Positions 1 to 8,126 of a DNA stretch of 64,000 nucleotides are shown here, piece after piece. A model generated the notes under the pieces. That model was given only the letters and a program-made list of their open reading frames with translations, did no database searches and was not told the origin of the DNA. The DNA comes from Bacteriovoracaceae bacterium (GTDB taxonomy: Bacteria; Bdellovibrionota; Bacteriovoracia; Bacteriovoracales; Bacteriovoracaceae): contig JBFGZE010000008.1 in assembly GCA_041586955.1 (NCBI GenBank), positions 1-64,000 of the forward strand, given 5' to 3'. The position numbers were made by a program, and so were the translations under genes. Positions within the stretch are counted from its first letter, which is position 1; each line of letters begins with the position of its first letter.

Positions 1-143
1 AAATAAGTTTCGACTAAGTTTTCTTTTGTAAGGGAATCAGTATGGCCCAACAATTCATTAAAAATGACGAGGGCATTTTTATACTCACCATTATTAAAAC
101 AATCTTTAGCTTTTTTAACAAGCGCATCTTGGTTGTCTAACAT
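1..143 (-). CDS. TPR-like protein, N-terminal part (runs off the window)
   Basis: ATG at 143 with AAAGGA RBS; translation MLDNQDALVKKAKDCFNNGEYKNALVIFNELL has a TPR helix pattern; follows bamD. Confidence 0.55.
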   Translation of the reverse strand, partial: MLDNQDALVKKAKDCFNNGEYKNALVIFNELLGHTDSLTKENLVETY

Positions 144-156
144 AGATAAATCCTTT

Positions 157-900
157 CTAATTAACCCTGCAAATTTTTGTCATTGATAACATTCGTAATT
201 GTTCTTTTTTGCTTAATTCTGAGGAGTATTGATCAGCATAATCCTTGCAGCCTTTAAGGTCGTCCAATTTAATCGACGCTTCAACGACTCTAAAAATTGA
301 ATGTCTTCTCAGTTTTGTTTCTTCAAACTTTTTTAAAATTGCCAGATACCGAAAACGAGCAGAATCGTAGACCTCGGTTTTATAATAAAAATCCGCGATA
401 TATTTGGCCTTATTGATAAACATTTTTTTAACTTTATTCACCCTTTTTAATACTGTACTAGCATAAGCGGTGTTCGGAAAAATTCTCATTAAGTCGTTAT
501 AGTGCTTAATGGCCTCAACACCTGGAGCAAGGTCTCTATCATAGGTTGATGGCAATTGATTATAAAATGATTCTGCAATTCTATAGATCACATATTCTAA
601 TTTTTGGTGCTTAGGATGAAAGTCTTTAAAAACAATATAAGCCGCTGCTGCTTCACCAAAATTTTCTTGTTGATAAAGTACATCGGCCGCTAATAGCTCC
701 GCATGAGTCGCATAATAACTATAAGGGTGGTTCGAGCGAATGGTGTTCAACTTTTCAGTCGCTTGAATAAAGCGACTTTCCTTCACTAATTCTTCGGCCT
801 CTTTATAGAGAATTTCCGCCTCTGTCTTGCCGCTAGGTCGTGGAGTTGAACAATTAGTAAACAATATTAGAATTAAAAATAATGGCCAAATCTTTTGCAT
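157..900 (-). CDS. bamD: Outer membrane protein assembly factor BamD (lipoprotein)
   Basis: Lipobox FTNC; HPYSYYA, FKDFHPKH and YDRDLAP motifs; TPR repeats typical of BamD/YfiO. Confidence 0.9.
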   Translation of the reverse strand: MQKIWPLFLILILFTNCSTPRPSGKTEAEILYKEAEELVKESRFIQATEKLNTIRSNHPYSYYATHAELLAADVLYQQENFGEAAAAYIVFKDFHPKHQKLEYVIYRIAESFYNQLPSTYDRDLAPGVEAIKHYNDLMRIFPNTAYASTVLKRVNKVKKMFINKAKYIADFYYKTEVYDSARFRYLAILKKFEETKLRRHSIFRVVEASIKLDDLKGCKDYADQYSSELSKKEQLRMLSMTKICRVN

Positions 901-924
901 ATTAAGGTACCCCTGATACCTTGC

Positions 925-954
925 AGTGTACCAAGGGTCTCACCTTATCGTCAA
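925..954 (-). promoter_or_regulatory. Putative sigma70 promoter for bamD
   Basis: Minus strand TTGACG-N18-TACACT with extended -10 TG. Confidence 0.45.
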
Positions 955-960
955 AAGCTC

Positions 961-2007
961 TTAGTCGAAACGGTGATTATAAAGCTCATTATAAATTTCT
1001 TGCATGATCAGCTTTAACGCGGTTGCGAAAGGAATTGAAATAATCATGCCCACAACACCAAAATACTGACTCCCCAGGATGACGCTAACCACAACGACGA
1101 CGGGATGGAGGTTTACAATCTTTGACACAAGAACCGGAAAAATAATCGCAATATCAACGGCATTGGCACCCAGTAATAAAATACCAATAAATCCGGTTTT
1201 GGCACTGAGTCCATACTCTGCCATCGCAAAAAGCAGCGCGGGTACCGAACCTAAAATTGGCCCCACATAGGGAATTATATTAGTCACTGCGGCGACCAAG
1301 GCCAAAATAACGGCAAAGCGGACGTTAAAAAATAATAAACCACTTAGCACCATTAGGCCGACAAGGCTTGCCTCAATAAATTTTGCAAAAATATAATCGC
1401 CTAATTGCTTATTAAATTGGTGAGATAAATAATAAAATCTTTCAAAGATTGAATTAGGAACAATTCGCAATATAAGCTTTTTAAATCCTCCCAAGTCTTT
1501 CATGAGGAAAAAGGAAAACAATGGTACGATGAAAATCCATTCGATGAATGACGCCAAAAGCTTAGGTGCTTCAAGGATCCCTTCGGTCAGTTTTTTCCGC
1601 AAATAGAAAAAGCCATCATCAATATATTTTTTATCAATCTCAAAGCCTGTCTTTTCTTTTAGTACATCATTGGCCACGCCATATTTGTCTTTAATAAATA
1701 ATTCCATTTTTGGAATGTAATTATTCAAATTATTAAACTCATTTGAAAGGCTTGGTGCCAATCTAATAAGAGGAAAAATAGCAAAAAAAGCAACTGCAAT
1801 AAATAAAATGATGATAGACAATGTACGACCGACACCAGTTTTCATAACCAAAGGAACTAGTGGGTTTAACAAAAGCGAAATTAAGTAACCTAATGAAAGA
1901 GGTATGGATAAGCGGGGCATCTTCACAAGAATAAACAATGTCCCAATAAGCAGCAGAAAGAAAAATATGAGTCTGGTTTTTTCCTGCTTACTTATCGTCT
2001 TTTGCAT
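961..2007 (-). CDS. AI-2E family (PerM-like) transporter
   Basis: Multiple TM helices; LLNPLV, NIIPYVGP, VNLHPVVV and G..GMIISIP motifs. Confidence 0.85.
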   Translation of the reverse strand: MQKTISKQEKTRLIFFFLLLIGTLFILVKMPRLSIPLSLGYLISLLLNPLVPLVMKTGVGRTLSIIILFIAVAFFAIFPLIRLAPSLSNEFNNLNNYIPKMELFIKDKYGVANDVLKEKTGFEIDKKYIDDGFFYLRKKLTEGILEAPKLLASFIEWIFIVPLFSFFLMKDLGGFKKLILRIVPNSIFERFYYLSHQFNKQLGDYIFAKFIEASLVGLMVLSGLLFFNVRFAVILALVAAVTNIIPYVGPILGSVPALLFAMAEYGLSAKTGFIGILLLGANAVDIAIIFPVLVSKIVNLHPVVVVVSVILGSQYFGVVGMIISIPFATALKLIMQEIYNELYNHRFD

Positions 2008-2629
2008 TAGATGTTTCCATTTGTGCGAGTTTATATTTTAATTCTCGGACTTCATTTGTTATCGAGAAAAGCCTATTCGAAATAATCAATGATACGGACT
2101 GTAATAATTTAGTCGCTACAATTGGATGCTCATGAATCAAATTTTCTAAATCAGGCTTAAAGATACCTAATAACTCACACCTTTCTCTTGCAATGACAGT
2201 AGCATTTCTAATACTATCCTCTTGCAATAAGGCCAACTCTCCAAAATAATCAAACTTTTCAAGAGATAAGATATAATCAGCAGAGGGTTTTTCTTTTTTG
2301 GATAAATCACGACCAATGTCTGACTCTACAATAATATCAACCATTCCCGTAAAGATGAAATAAAAACCCATTCCTTTGTCATTTTGATCGAAGATGACAT
2401 CGCCATCGGAAAAGGTACGAAAATGCATCGCATTGGCTAACCTTCTCAGCTCAATATCTGTAAAGTTTTTTAATACAAAAATTTTTCTCAAAAATTTTGG
2501 AATTGTTTGTGATTTACGATAAGAAAGAGGATTCGATTGCCAAAAATATTTAACAATAGAGAAATCTAATTTTCCATCAACCTTATTTCCTTCCTTAATA
2601 CGTCGTTTAACATCAGCTTCATAACTCAT
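1988..2629 (-). CDS. Stand-alone cyclic-nucleotide-binding domain protein
   Basis: Phosphate-binding cassette FGELALL...RNATVIA; IFDQND.G..FY; no HTH. Confidence 0.85.
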   Translation of the reverse strand: MSYEADVKRRIKEGNKVDGKLDFSIVKYFWQSNPLSYRKSQTIPKFLRKIFVLKNFTDIELRRLANAMHFRTFSDGDVIFDQNDKGMGFYFIFTGMVDIIVESDIGRDLSKKEKPSADYILSLEKFDYFGELALLQEDSIRNATVIARERCELLGIFKPDLENLIHEHPIVATKLLQSVSLIISNRLFSITNEVRELKYKLAQMETSNAKDDK

Positions 2630-3297
2630 TGATCAATTATCCCCAATTCCTTAGACTCCAGCCAACCCGAGATGGCAAGAGGGAATTCCACCATGAACCA
2701 ATTGCCTATACGTTTGCCCAATATTACCTTTTGTCCTGGATCTAAAGTGTCTGATACATCAAATATTTGAGAGGGTCCCTCGCGCAATTTAACATCGTTT
2801 AAAACGATACCGACCTGGTACTTTTCATGAATATGGTATTTAAAAAGTCCCACACCACCTGCCATCAATATAAAAAACGCCATAATGGGAATGGTATATT
2901 TTTTAACATTACGGCAAATAATTAACCCAATTACAACAAAGGTTAAAGAGAGGGATAAAAACATACTACTTGGCAAGGCCAGTGAATAACTCATTGCTGT
3001 ATCAATTAAGGATTCACGATAATAATTATAATTTGCGTTGAGCTTGGCCAATATAAAATTATGGTTTTTGACTGTGAAGCTATTCAAAAAACCCTTAGAA
3101 ATCGAATTTTCGAGATGGTAGCGCGCAGTGGCAAAGTCGCCCTTTTTTGCATATAGAGTACCCAAATTAAATGAAAATAGGCCAGGATCTAGCCCATCTT
3201 TATTTTTTAAAAGTAAATCAATCGCTTCCCCATATTCCTTTTGGGAATATTTGGTTTCTAATGACTTTAGTATTTGAGGTATGTTATTATTCGCCAT
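2626..3297 (-). CDS. TPR + TM + SH3 domain protein (BatE-like)
   Basis: FNLGTLYAKKG TPR, two TM segments, C-terminal LREGPS...GNW...SGWL bacterial SH3; start moved to ATG 3297 to avoid overlap with the aminotransferase. Confidence 0.7.
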   Translation of the reverse strand: MANNNIPQILKSLETKYSQKEYGEAIDLLLKNKDGLDPGLFSFNLGTLYAKKGDFATARYHLENSISKGFLNSFTVKNHNFILAKLNANYNYYRESLIDTAMSYSLALPSSMFLSLSLTFVVIGLIICRNVKKYTIPIMAFFILMAGGVGLFKYHIHEKYQVGIVLNDVKLREGPSQIFDVSDTLDPGQKVILGKRIGNWFMVEFPLAISGWLESKELGIIDQ

Positions 3298-3353
3298 AGT
3301 TAAATTATCGCTAATAGGCTTGAATTGGCAAGCTAGGGGGTCCCAAGAAGATA

Positions 3354-4697
3354 ATGCCGACATCTTCCTCGAAAACCGAATATTTAGATCAGCTAATTGA
3401 AGAAGCAAGTGACCGCTTGTTCTCTCTAATTTTACAAAAGCAGTATCACTACCAAGGTATTGAAACAAAAGATAAGGTTCAAAATCACGATCAGCTCATT
3501 GCGGAATTTTCGGAGCTAAGAGGCCAGAGCTTTGCTTTTCCCTTCATCCCCTCAGGAAATGGTCATGGACCATTTATTGAGGATATAAGTGGTCAGATAA
3601 AGATGGATCTCACCTCTGGACTTGGGCCGAATCTAATTGGCTATTCCCATCCTTTACAAATTCGTTCTCAATTGGAAGCCGCTGAAGTCAATATGACATC
3701 ACAAAATAACCTTTTCCCTTCTCAGTCAGCGGCCAAGCTAGGTCAAAAGTTGATTGAAGCTGCACAAGGCTCCAAACTTAAGCATTTTTGGTTTACCGGA
3801 AATGGTACCATGGCAAACGAGCACGCTCTTAGGCTCGCACTTCTTAACACCCCATCAAAAAATAGAGTGCTCATTTTTGATGGTAGCTTTACAGGCCGCT
3901 CACTGGCCATGAGCGAACTATCCCAAATAAATAAACCTTCTATCGATGGCCATTTTAAGATTGATTTTATTTCATATGACAATCCTCTCGATCAATTAGA
4001 AAGTCTTTGGTTAAAATACCCCAATCAATTTTCCGTTATATGCTTTGAGCTTATTCAGGGCCATGCTGGAGTAAGGCATTTACCCACAGAAATTATTCAT
4101 GATGTCGTGAGGTGGTGTAAAAATAAAAATATTCTTATTTGGATTGACGAAGTTCAAACGATTGGCCGCACTACCGAGTTATTTGCCTTTCAAACCTTTG
4201 GTATTCAAAGTTACGTGGATATCGTTACCGTTGGAAAGGCCTTAAATATTTCCGGAATTTTATTCAATTCACAATTAAGGCCCAAAGAAACCTTTTTTGG
4301 TGGGACTCTTTGCGGTGGTACGGCAAATATCATTTACGCTGAAAAATTACTCCATTATCTTACACAGGGAAATTTCTACGGCAAATCAGGTCGCATTGCT
4401 TCCCTTGAAAAAAAATTTTTTACTAAGTTAAAACAGATCCACGACCAATTAGGTAGCAATATTATTGATGACATCGTCTGCCAGGGAACATTAATTTCCT
4501 TTAAGATTGGCGATGGCTCCTTTGAGAAGACTTGTCAATTTTTAAAAGTTCTTTTCGAAAATGGTATAATCGGATTTTTGGGACAAAAAGATCATTGTAA
4601 GATCCGTTTGCTAATACCCATCTCTCTCAGAGATGAGCATATATCCCAGATATTCCTTATTATTACTAAGTCCCTATCAAGCGTATTCGGAGATTAA
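3354..4697 (+). CDS. Class III PLP aminotransferase (AstC/ArgD-like)
   Basis: ELIQG..G, DEVQT.GRT, PLP lysine in VTVGKAL; directly upstream of astA and astD. Confidence 0.8.
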   Translation: MPTSSSKTEYLDQLIEEASDRLFSLILQKQYHYQGIETKDKVQNHDQLIAEFSELRGQSFAFPFIPSGNGHGPFIEDISGQIKMDLTSGLGPNLIGYSHPLQIRSQLEAAEVNMTSQNNLFPSQSAAKLGQKLIEAAQGSKLKHFWFTGNGTMANEHALRLALLNTPSKNRVLIFDGSFTGRSLAMSELSQINKPSIDGHFKIDFISYDNPLDQLESLWLKYPNQFSVICFELIQGHAGVRHLPTEIIHDVVRWCKNKNILIWIDEVQTIGRTTELFAFQTFGIQSYVDIVTVGKALNISGILFNSQLRPKETFFGGTLCGGTANIIYAEKLLHYLTQGNFYGKSGRIASLEKKFFTKLKQIHDQLGSNIIDDIVCQGTLISFKIGDGSFEKTCQFLKVLFENGIIGFLGQKDHCKIRLLIPISLRDEHISQIFLIITKSLSSVFGD

Positions 4698-4698
4698 A

Positions 4699-5718
4699 AT
4701 GTTTCATATCAGGCCCGTTCGCGAAAATGACATCTCTCAATTACATGCACTCACTCAGCTAATGGTTTTTATCAACTTGCCACAGGAGCTAGACTTATTA
4801 CAAGAGCAGGTAATGAAAGCAGTCAAAACATTTCAAAAACCATCTCCACAAAAAGAAAAAAATTATTATATTTTTGTCCTTGAGGATTTGGGGACTAAGC
4901 AAATTGTTGGAGCTTCTATGATCCATGGAAAACATGGGACTGAGAAGGAGCCCCATTTTTTCTTAAAAGTTTCTCAAGAATATAAGTATAGTAAAAGTAT
5001 TAATACTGGATTTATCCATGGAACCCTTAAGCTTGGATATACTACGGATGGTTATTCTGAAATTGGTGGACTTATACTTCATCCCGATTTTAGAGGGCAT
5101 AAAGACAAGCTTGGAAAATTACTTTCATATAGTCGGTTTCTTTTTATAGGATTATTTGAAGATGAATTTACGGATTATATCCATTCAGAATTAATGCCGC
5201 CACTGGACCCCAAAGGTAATTCTCCTCTCTGGGAGGCAATTGGTCGCCGCTTTTTAAATATGGATTACCAGGATGCCGATTTATTGAGCCGTAAAAATAA
5301 AGAATTTATTTTGAGCCTTTTTCCCTCCGACACTATTTATGAAACATTATTATCACCAAAAGCTCGCAATGCCATTGGAAAGGTTGGTGATAAAACAATT
5401 CCCGTTAAGAATATGCTCGAAAAGGTAGGCTTTGTTTATACTGATGAAGTTGACCCATTTGATGGAGGTCCCCATTATCGCGCGAAAACCAAAGAGATAG
5501 AGCCCATTAAAAAGTTATCTCAATATAAAATTGAAGTGGACCCTAACAAAACGGGATCCTCTTATATTCTCGCCACAAACTCGCGTCAAAGAGGTGAGTT
5601 CGACTCAATGCTATTAAAAGGTATTTTAGACAAAAATAATTTCATAATAACAGAAACGAATCGTTCCATTGAGCAATTCTTATCTGACCATAAAACCATT
5701 ACGGGCTTTCCTGTCTAG
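4699..5718 (+). CDS. astA: Arginine N-succinyltransferase
   Basis: IRPV..D, SEIGGLILHPDFR, GKLLS.SRFLFI, SPLWEAIGRRF, VDPFDGGP; ATG at 4699. Confidence 0.9.
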   Translation: MFHIRPVRENDISQLHALTQLMVFINLPQELDLLQEQVMKAVKTFQKPSPQKEKNYYIFVLEDLGTKQIVGASMIHGKHGTEKEPHFFLKVSQEYKYSKSINTGFIHGTLKLGYTTDGYSEIGGLILHPDFRGHKDKLGKLLSYSRFLFIGLFEDEFTDYIHSELMPPLDPKGNSPLWEAIGRRFLNMDYQDADLLSRKNKEFILSLFPSDTIYETLLSPKARNAIGKVGDKTIPVKNMLEKVGFVYTDEVDPFDGGPHYRAKTKEIEPIKKLSQYKIEVDPNKTGSSYILATNSRQRGEFDSMLLKGILDKNNFIITETNRSIEQFLSDHKTITGFPV

Positions 5719-5728
5719 GAGTAAAAAG

Positions 5729-7252
5729 ATGAAATATCAACTAAAAGGTAATTATTTTGAGGGATCTTTTCACGCCCCTCAAACTCGAGGACATCAAGCA
5801 GTTGAAAAAATAATTCACCGCGAATGCCCATCTGATATCAACTTAGAACTCTGGCAACTACCTGTTGAATATAGGCATATTGAGCCAACTCTTGAGTCTG
5901 TGGAAAGAGGATATCGATATTGGAGAAAAACTTCTATAGAAGAAAGAATCGGCTACTTCAAGCGACTTAAGAAGCAATTTGAAATACATAAAAATGAAAT
6001 AGCAGAAGCAATCGCCTGGGAGGTCGGCAAGCCTCTCTGGGAAGCCCAAACAGAAGCACAGGCCTTAATTGGAAAAATAGATACTACCATAAATTATTCC
6101 CTTCCTCGTGTTCAAGAACAAACAATCACCGACATCTCTCCTAATACTGATGGGAAGGTCTTCTTTAAACCCATAGGCCCAGCATTTATTATTGGGCCAT
6201 TTAACTTTCCTTGTCACTTGGCCAATACTCAAATTCTTAGCAACCTTCTTGTTGGTAACTCAATTATTTTTAAGCCCTCTGAAAAGACCGCATATAGTGG
6301 AGAGCTTCTTATAAGATGTTTCCATGAAGCGGGTTTTCCAAAGGGTACTGTTAACCTTATTCAAGGTGATGGCGAAATTGCTTCGCGAATCACCAAAGAT
6401 AAACGAATTAAGGCCGTTTTTTTTACAGGTTCAAAAGAAGTAGGGCAAAAAATCTTAAAAACCACTTCTAATGACGTTGGAAAAATGGTCGCCCTAGAGT
6501 TAGGTGGCAAAAATACGGCAATTCTTCATCAAGATGCACCACTTACTTTGGCGCTTGAAGAAATCCTAAAGGGCTCTTTTCTAACTACTGGTCAAAGATG
6601 CACCTCAACTGCGCTAATTCCAATTCATCATAGCTTAGTAGGCCCCTTTATTGAGCAGTTCCACTTACTCGCTAAAAAAATTATTATCGATCATGCAGTT
6701 GAGCACGATAAAGTTCCTTTTATGGGCCCTCTAGTCGACAAACGAGCTGTTGATAATTATTTAAATTATATGGGCATGGCCAAGCGTGAAGGAATTACAG
6801 AAATCATGCGAGGAAAATCCTTACAGCGACAACCTGATGGATATTATGTTAGCCCCTCCATTCATTTCCATGAGACATTTGATCTCAATAGCCACTTTTT
6901 AACTTCTGAAATTTTCGGTCCCAATTGTGTATTTATCCCCTATCACGATATCGAAGAGGCCATTGATATTGCCAATTCAACTGAATTTGGCTTAGCTGCC
7001 TCTGTTTTCACTCAGGACCAAACCATTTTCGAAAAATGCTTAATGGATATTGATTCCGGACTTGTTAACCTTAATCGGGCCACATGTGGTGCACATGCTC
7101 GCCTACCATTCGGCGGGGTCAAATCATCTGGAAATCATCGACCTGCTGCAATTGCGACAATTGATGCCTGTGTCTTTCAACAATCAAGCTTAGTTTATAA
7201 AGGCGTTGAAGGAGCTGGCCTCAATACAATAAAAGGACTCATGGAAGACTAA
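5729..7252 (+). CDS. astD: Succinylglutamate-semialdehyde dehydrogenase (ALDH family)
   Basis: GKPLWEA, GPFNFP.HL.N, FKPSEKT, LELGGKN, GQRCT, PFGG.K.SGNHRP; AGGAG RBS before ATG 5729. Confidence 0.85.
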   Translation: MKYQLKGNYFEGSFHAPQTRGHQAVEKIIHRECPSDINLELWQLPVEYRHIEPTLESVERGYRYWRKTSIEERIGYFKRLKKQFEIHKNEIAEAIAWEVGKPLWEAQTEAQALIGKIDTTINYSLPRVQEQTITDISPNTDGKVFFKPIGPAFIIGPFNFPCHLANTQILSNLLVGNSIIFKPSEKTAYSGELLIRCFHEAGFPKGTVNLIQGDGEIASRITKDKRIKAVFFTGSKEVGQKILKTTSNDVGKMVALELGGKNTAILHQDAPLTLALEEILKGSFLTTGQRCTSTALIPIHHSLVGPFIEQFHLLAKKIIIDHAVEHDKVPFMGPLVDKRAVDNYLNYMGMAKREGITEIMRGKSLQRQPDGYYVSPSIHFHETFDLNSHFLTSEIFGPNCVFIPYHDIEEAIDIANSTEFGLAASVFTQDQTIFEKCLMDIDSGLVNLNRATCGAHARLPFGGVKSSGNHRPAAIATIDACVFQQSSLVYKGVEGAGLNTIKGLMED

Positions 7253-7824
7253 GCCTGCTTTTTATTGACAAGAACACCGATTTTTGTCGATTTACTCAAA
7301 TCTTCTTTGAGACTTTTTTCTTGCTCGATATCGATTTCTGCATTTTTTTGGTAAAGGGCCAATATTTCTCGGCCCTTTAAGCGAGAATAGGACTTTTCTA
7401 ACTTTTTCTTTTCATCAATTATAAATGCAGATATTTGCTTATTGCGATTTTTCTGAACCTTAGGACGACGTTTTTGACCAAAAACATTTTTTTCACATTC
7501 TTTAGCGTAAAAATAAAAGTCGCTTAAGAGAAGTGCTGTTTCCATTCCACACAACACACAAAAATCGCCCCAAGGACCTTCTAATTCCTTATTTCGACTT
7601 TCTATCTCCTCTCGCTGGACCTCTTCATAATTCCCGTTAAAGGGGAGAATCTTGGCCTGGTGTTCAACCACACCTTCTTTTAGAGGTATACCAACCATCC
7701 CTTGATTAATTATTTCAACGAGGGGTGTTCGCACACTGCTAGCAGAGCTCGTCGTTAAAGAAGAGATCTCCTCAGGAGTCATAATCCTCATTAACGAATA
7801 TAAAAGATTGCCATTAGTTTCCAT
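7249..7824 (-). CDS. Hypothetical protein
   Basis: 191-aa ORF with GAGG RBS and a sigma28-like promoter; ends GVLVNKKQA. Confidence 0.6.
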   Translation of the reverse strand: METNGNLLYSLMRIMTPEEISSLTTSSASSVRTPLVEIINQGMVGIPLKEGVVEHQAKILPFNGNYEEVQREEIESRNKELEGPWGDFCVLCGMETALLLSDFYFYAKECEKNVFGQKRRPKVQKNRNKQISAFIIDEKKKLEKSYSRLKGREILALYQKNAEIDIEQEKSLKEDLSKSTKIGVLVNKKQA

Positions 7825-7842
7825 TTGCGAAGCCTCTCATTC

Positions 7843-7870
7843 CTATCGGTTTCTAAATTGAGAAACCTTA
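7843..7870 (-). promoter_or_regulatory. Putative sigma28 (FliA) promoter
   Basis: TAAGGTTT-N12-ACCGATAG versus consensus TAAAGTTT-N11-GCCGATAA. Confidence 0.5.
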
Positions 7871-7959
7871 GTATTTTTATCAACAATTATATTGCTGTGA
7901 TTTCAACTAGTTATGCTAATAACCCACAAGTTTTCCACCTCTTATTCACTTTTTTTTAC

Positions 7960-7988
7960 TAGACAGAAAGTGTTTTTGGCCTTATAAA
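7960..7988 (+). promoter_or_regulatory. Putative sigma70 promoter of tRNA-Asn
   Basis: TAGACA-N17-TATAAA preceded by a T-tract, 18 bp before the tRNA. Confidence 0.6.
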
Positions 7989-8006
7989 TTTTCTTATCTT
8001 GAATAC

Positions 8007-8081
8007 TGGGGTGTGGCGCAGTGGTAGCGCAGTAGACTGTTAATCTATTGGTCGCCGGTTCGAATCCGGCCACCCCAGCCA
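8007..8081 (+). tRNA. tRNA-Asn (GTT)
   Basis: Cloverleaf: acceptor TGGGGTG/CACCCCA, D stem GCGC/GCGC, anticodon arm GTAGA-CTGTTAA-TCTAT, T arm GCCGG-TTCGAAT-CCGGC, encoded CCA. Confidence 0.97.
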
Positions 8082-8126
8082 TTTTCCAATTTCTCTCTTC
8101 AACAATAAATAACTAAGGAATATAAT

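Noticed and set aside
3298..3468. Extended N-terminus of the TPR/SH3 ORF
   Set aside because: Overlaps the divergent aminotransferase start; ATG 3297 is more plausible
8060..8126. tRNA-Asn as the integration site of an island carrying the HExxH gene
   Set aside because: No integrase, no repeated tRNA 3' end spotted by eye (the similar sequence near 37450 is tRNA-Gln) and no obvious compositional shift
7825..8126. RiPP precursor peptide next to the HExxH gene
   Set aside because: The space is taken by promoters and the tRNA; no convincing short ORF with an RBS
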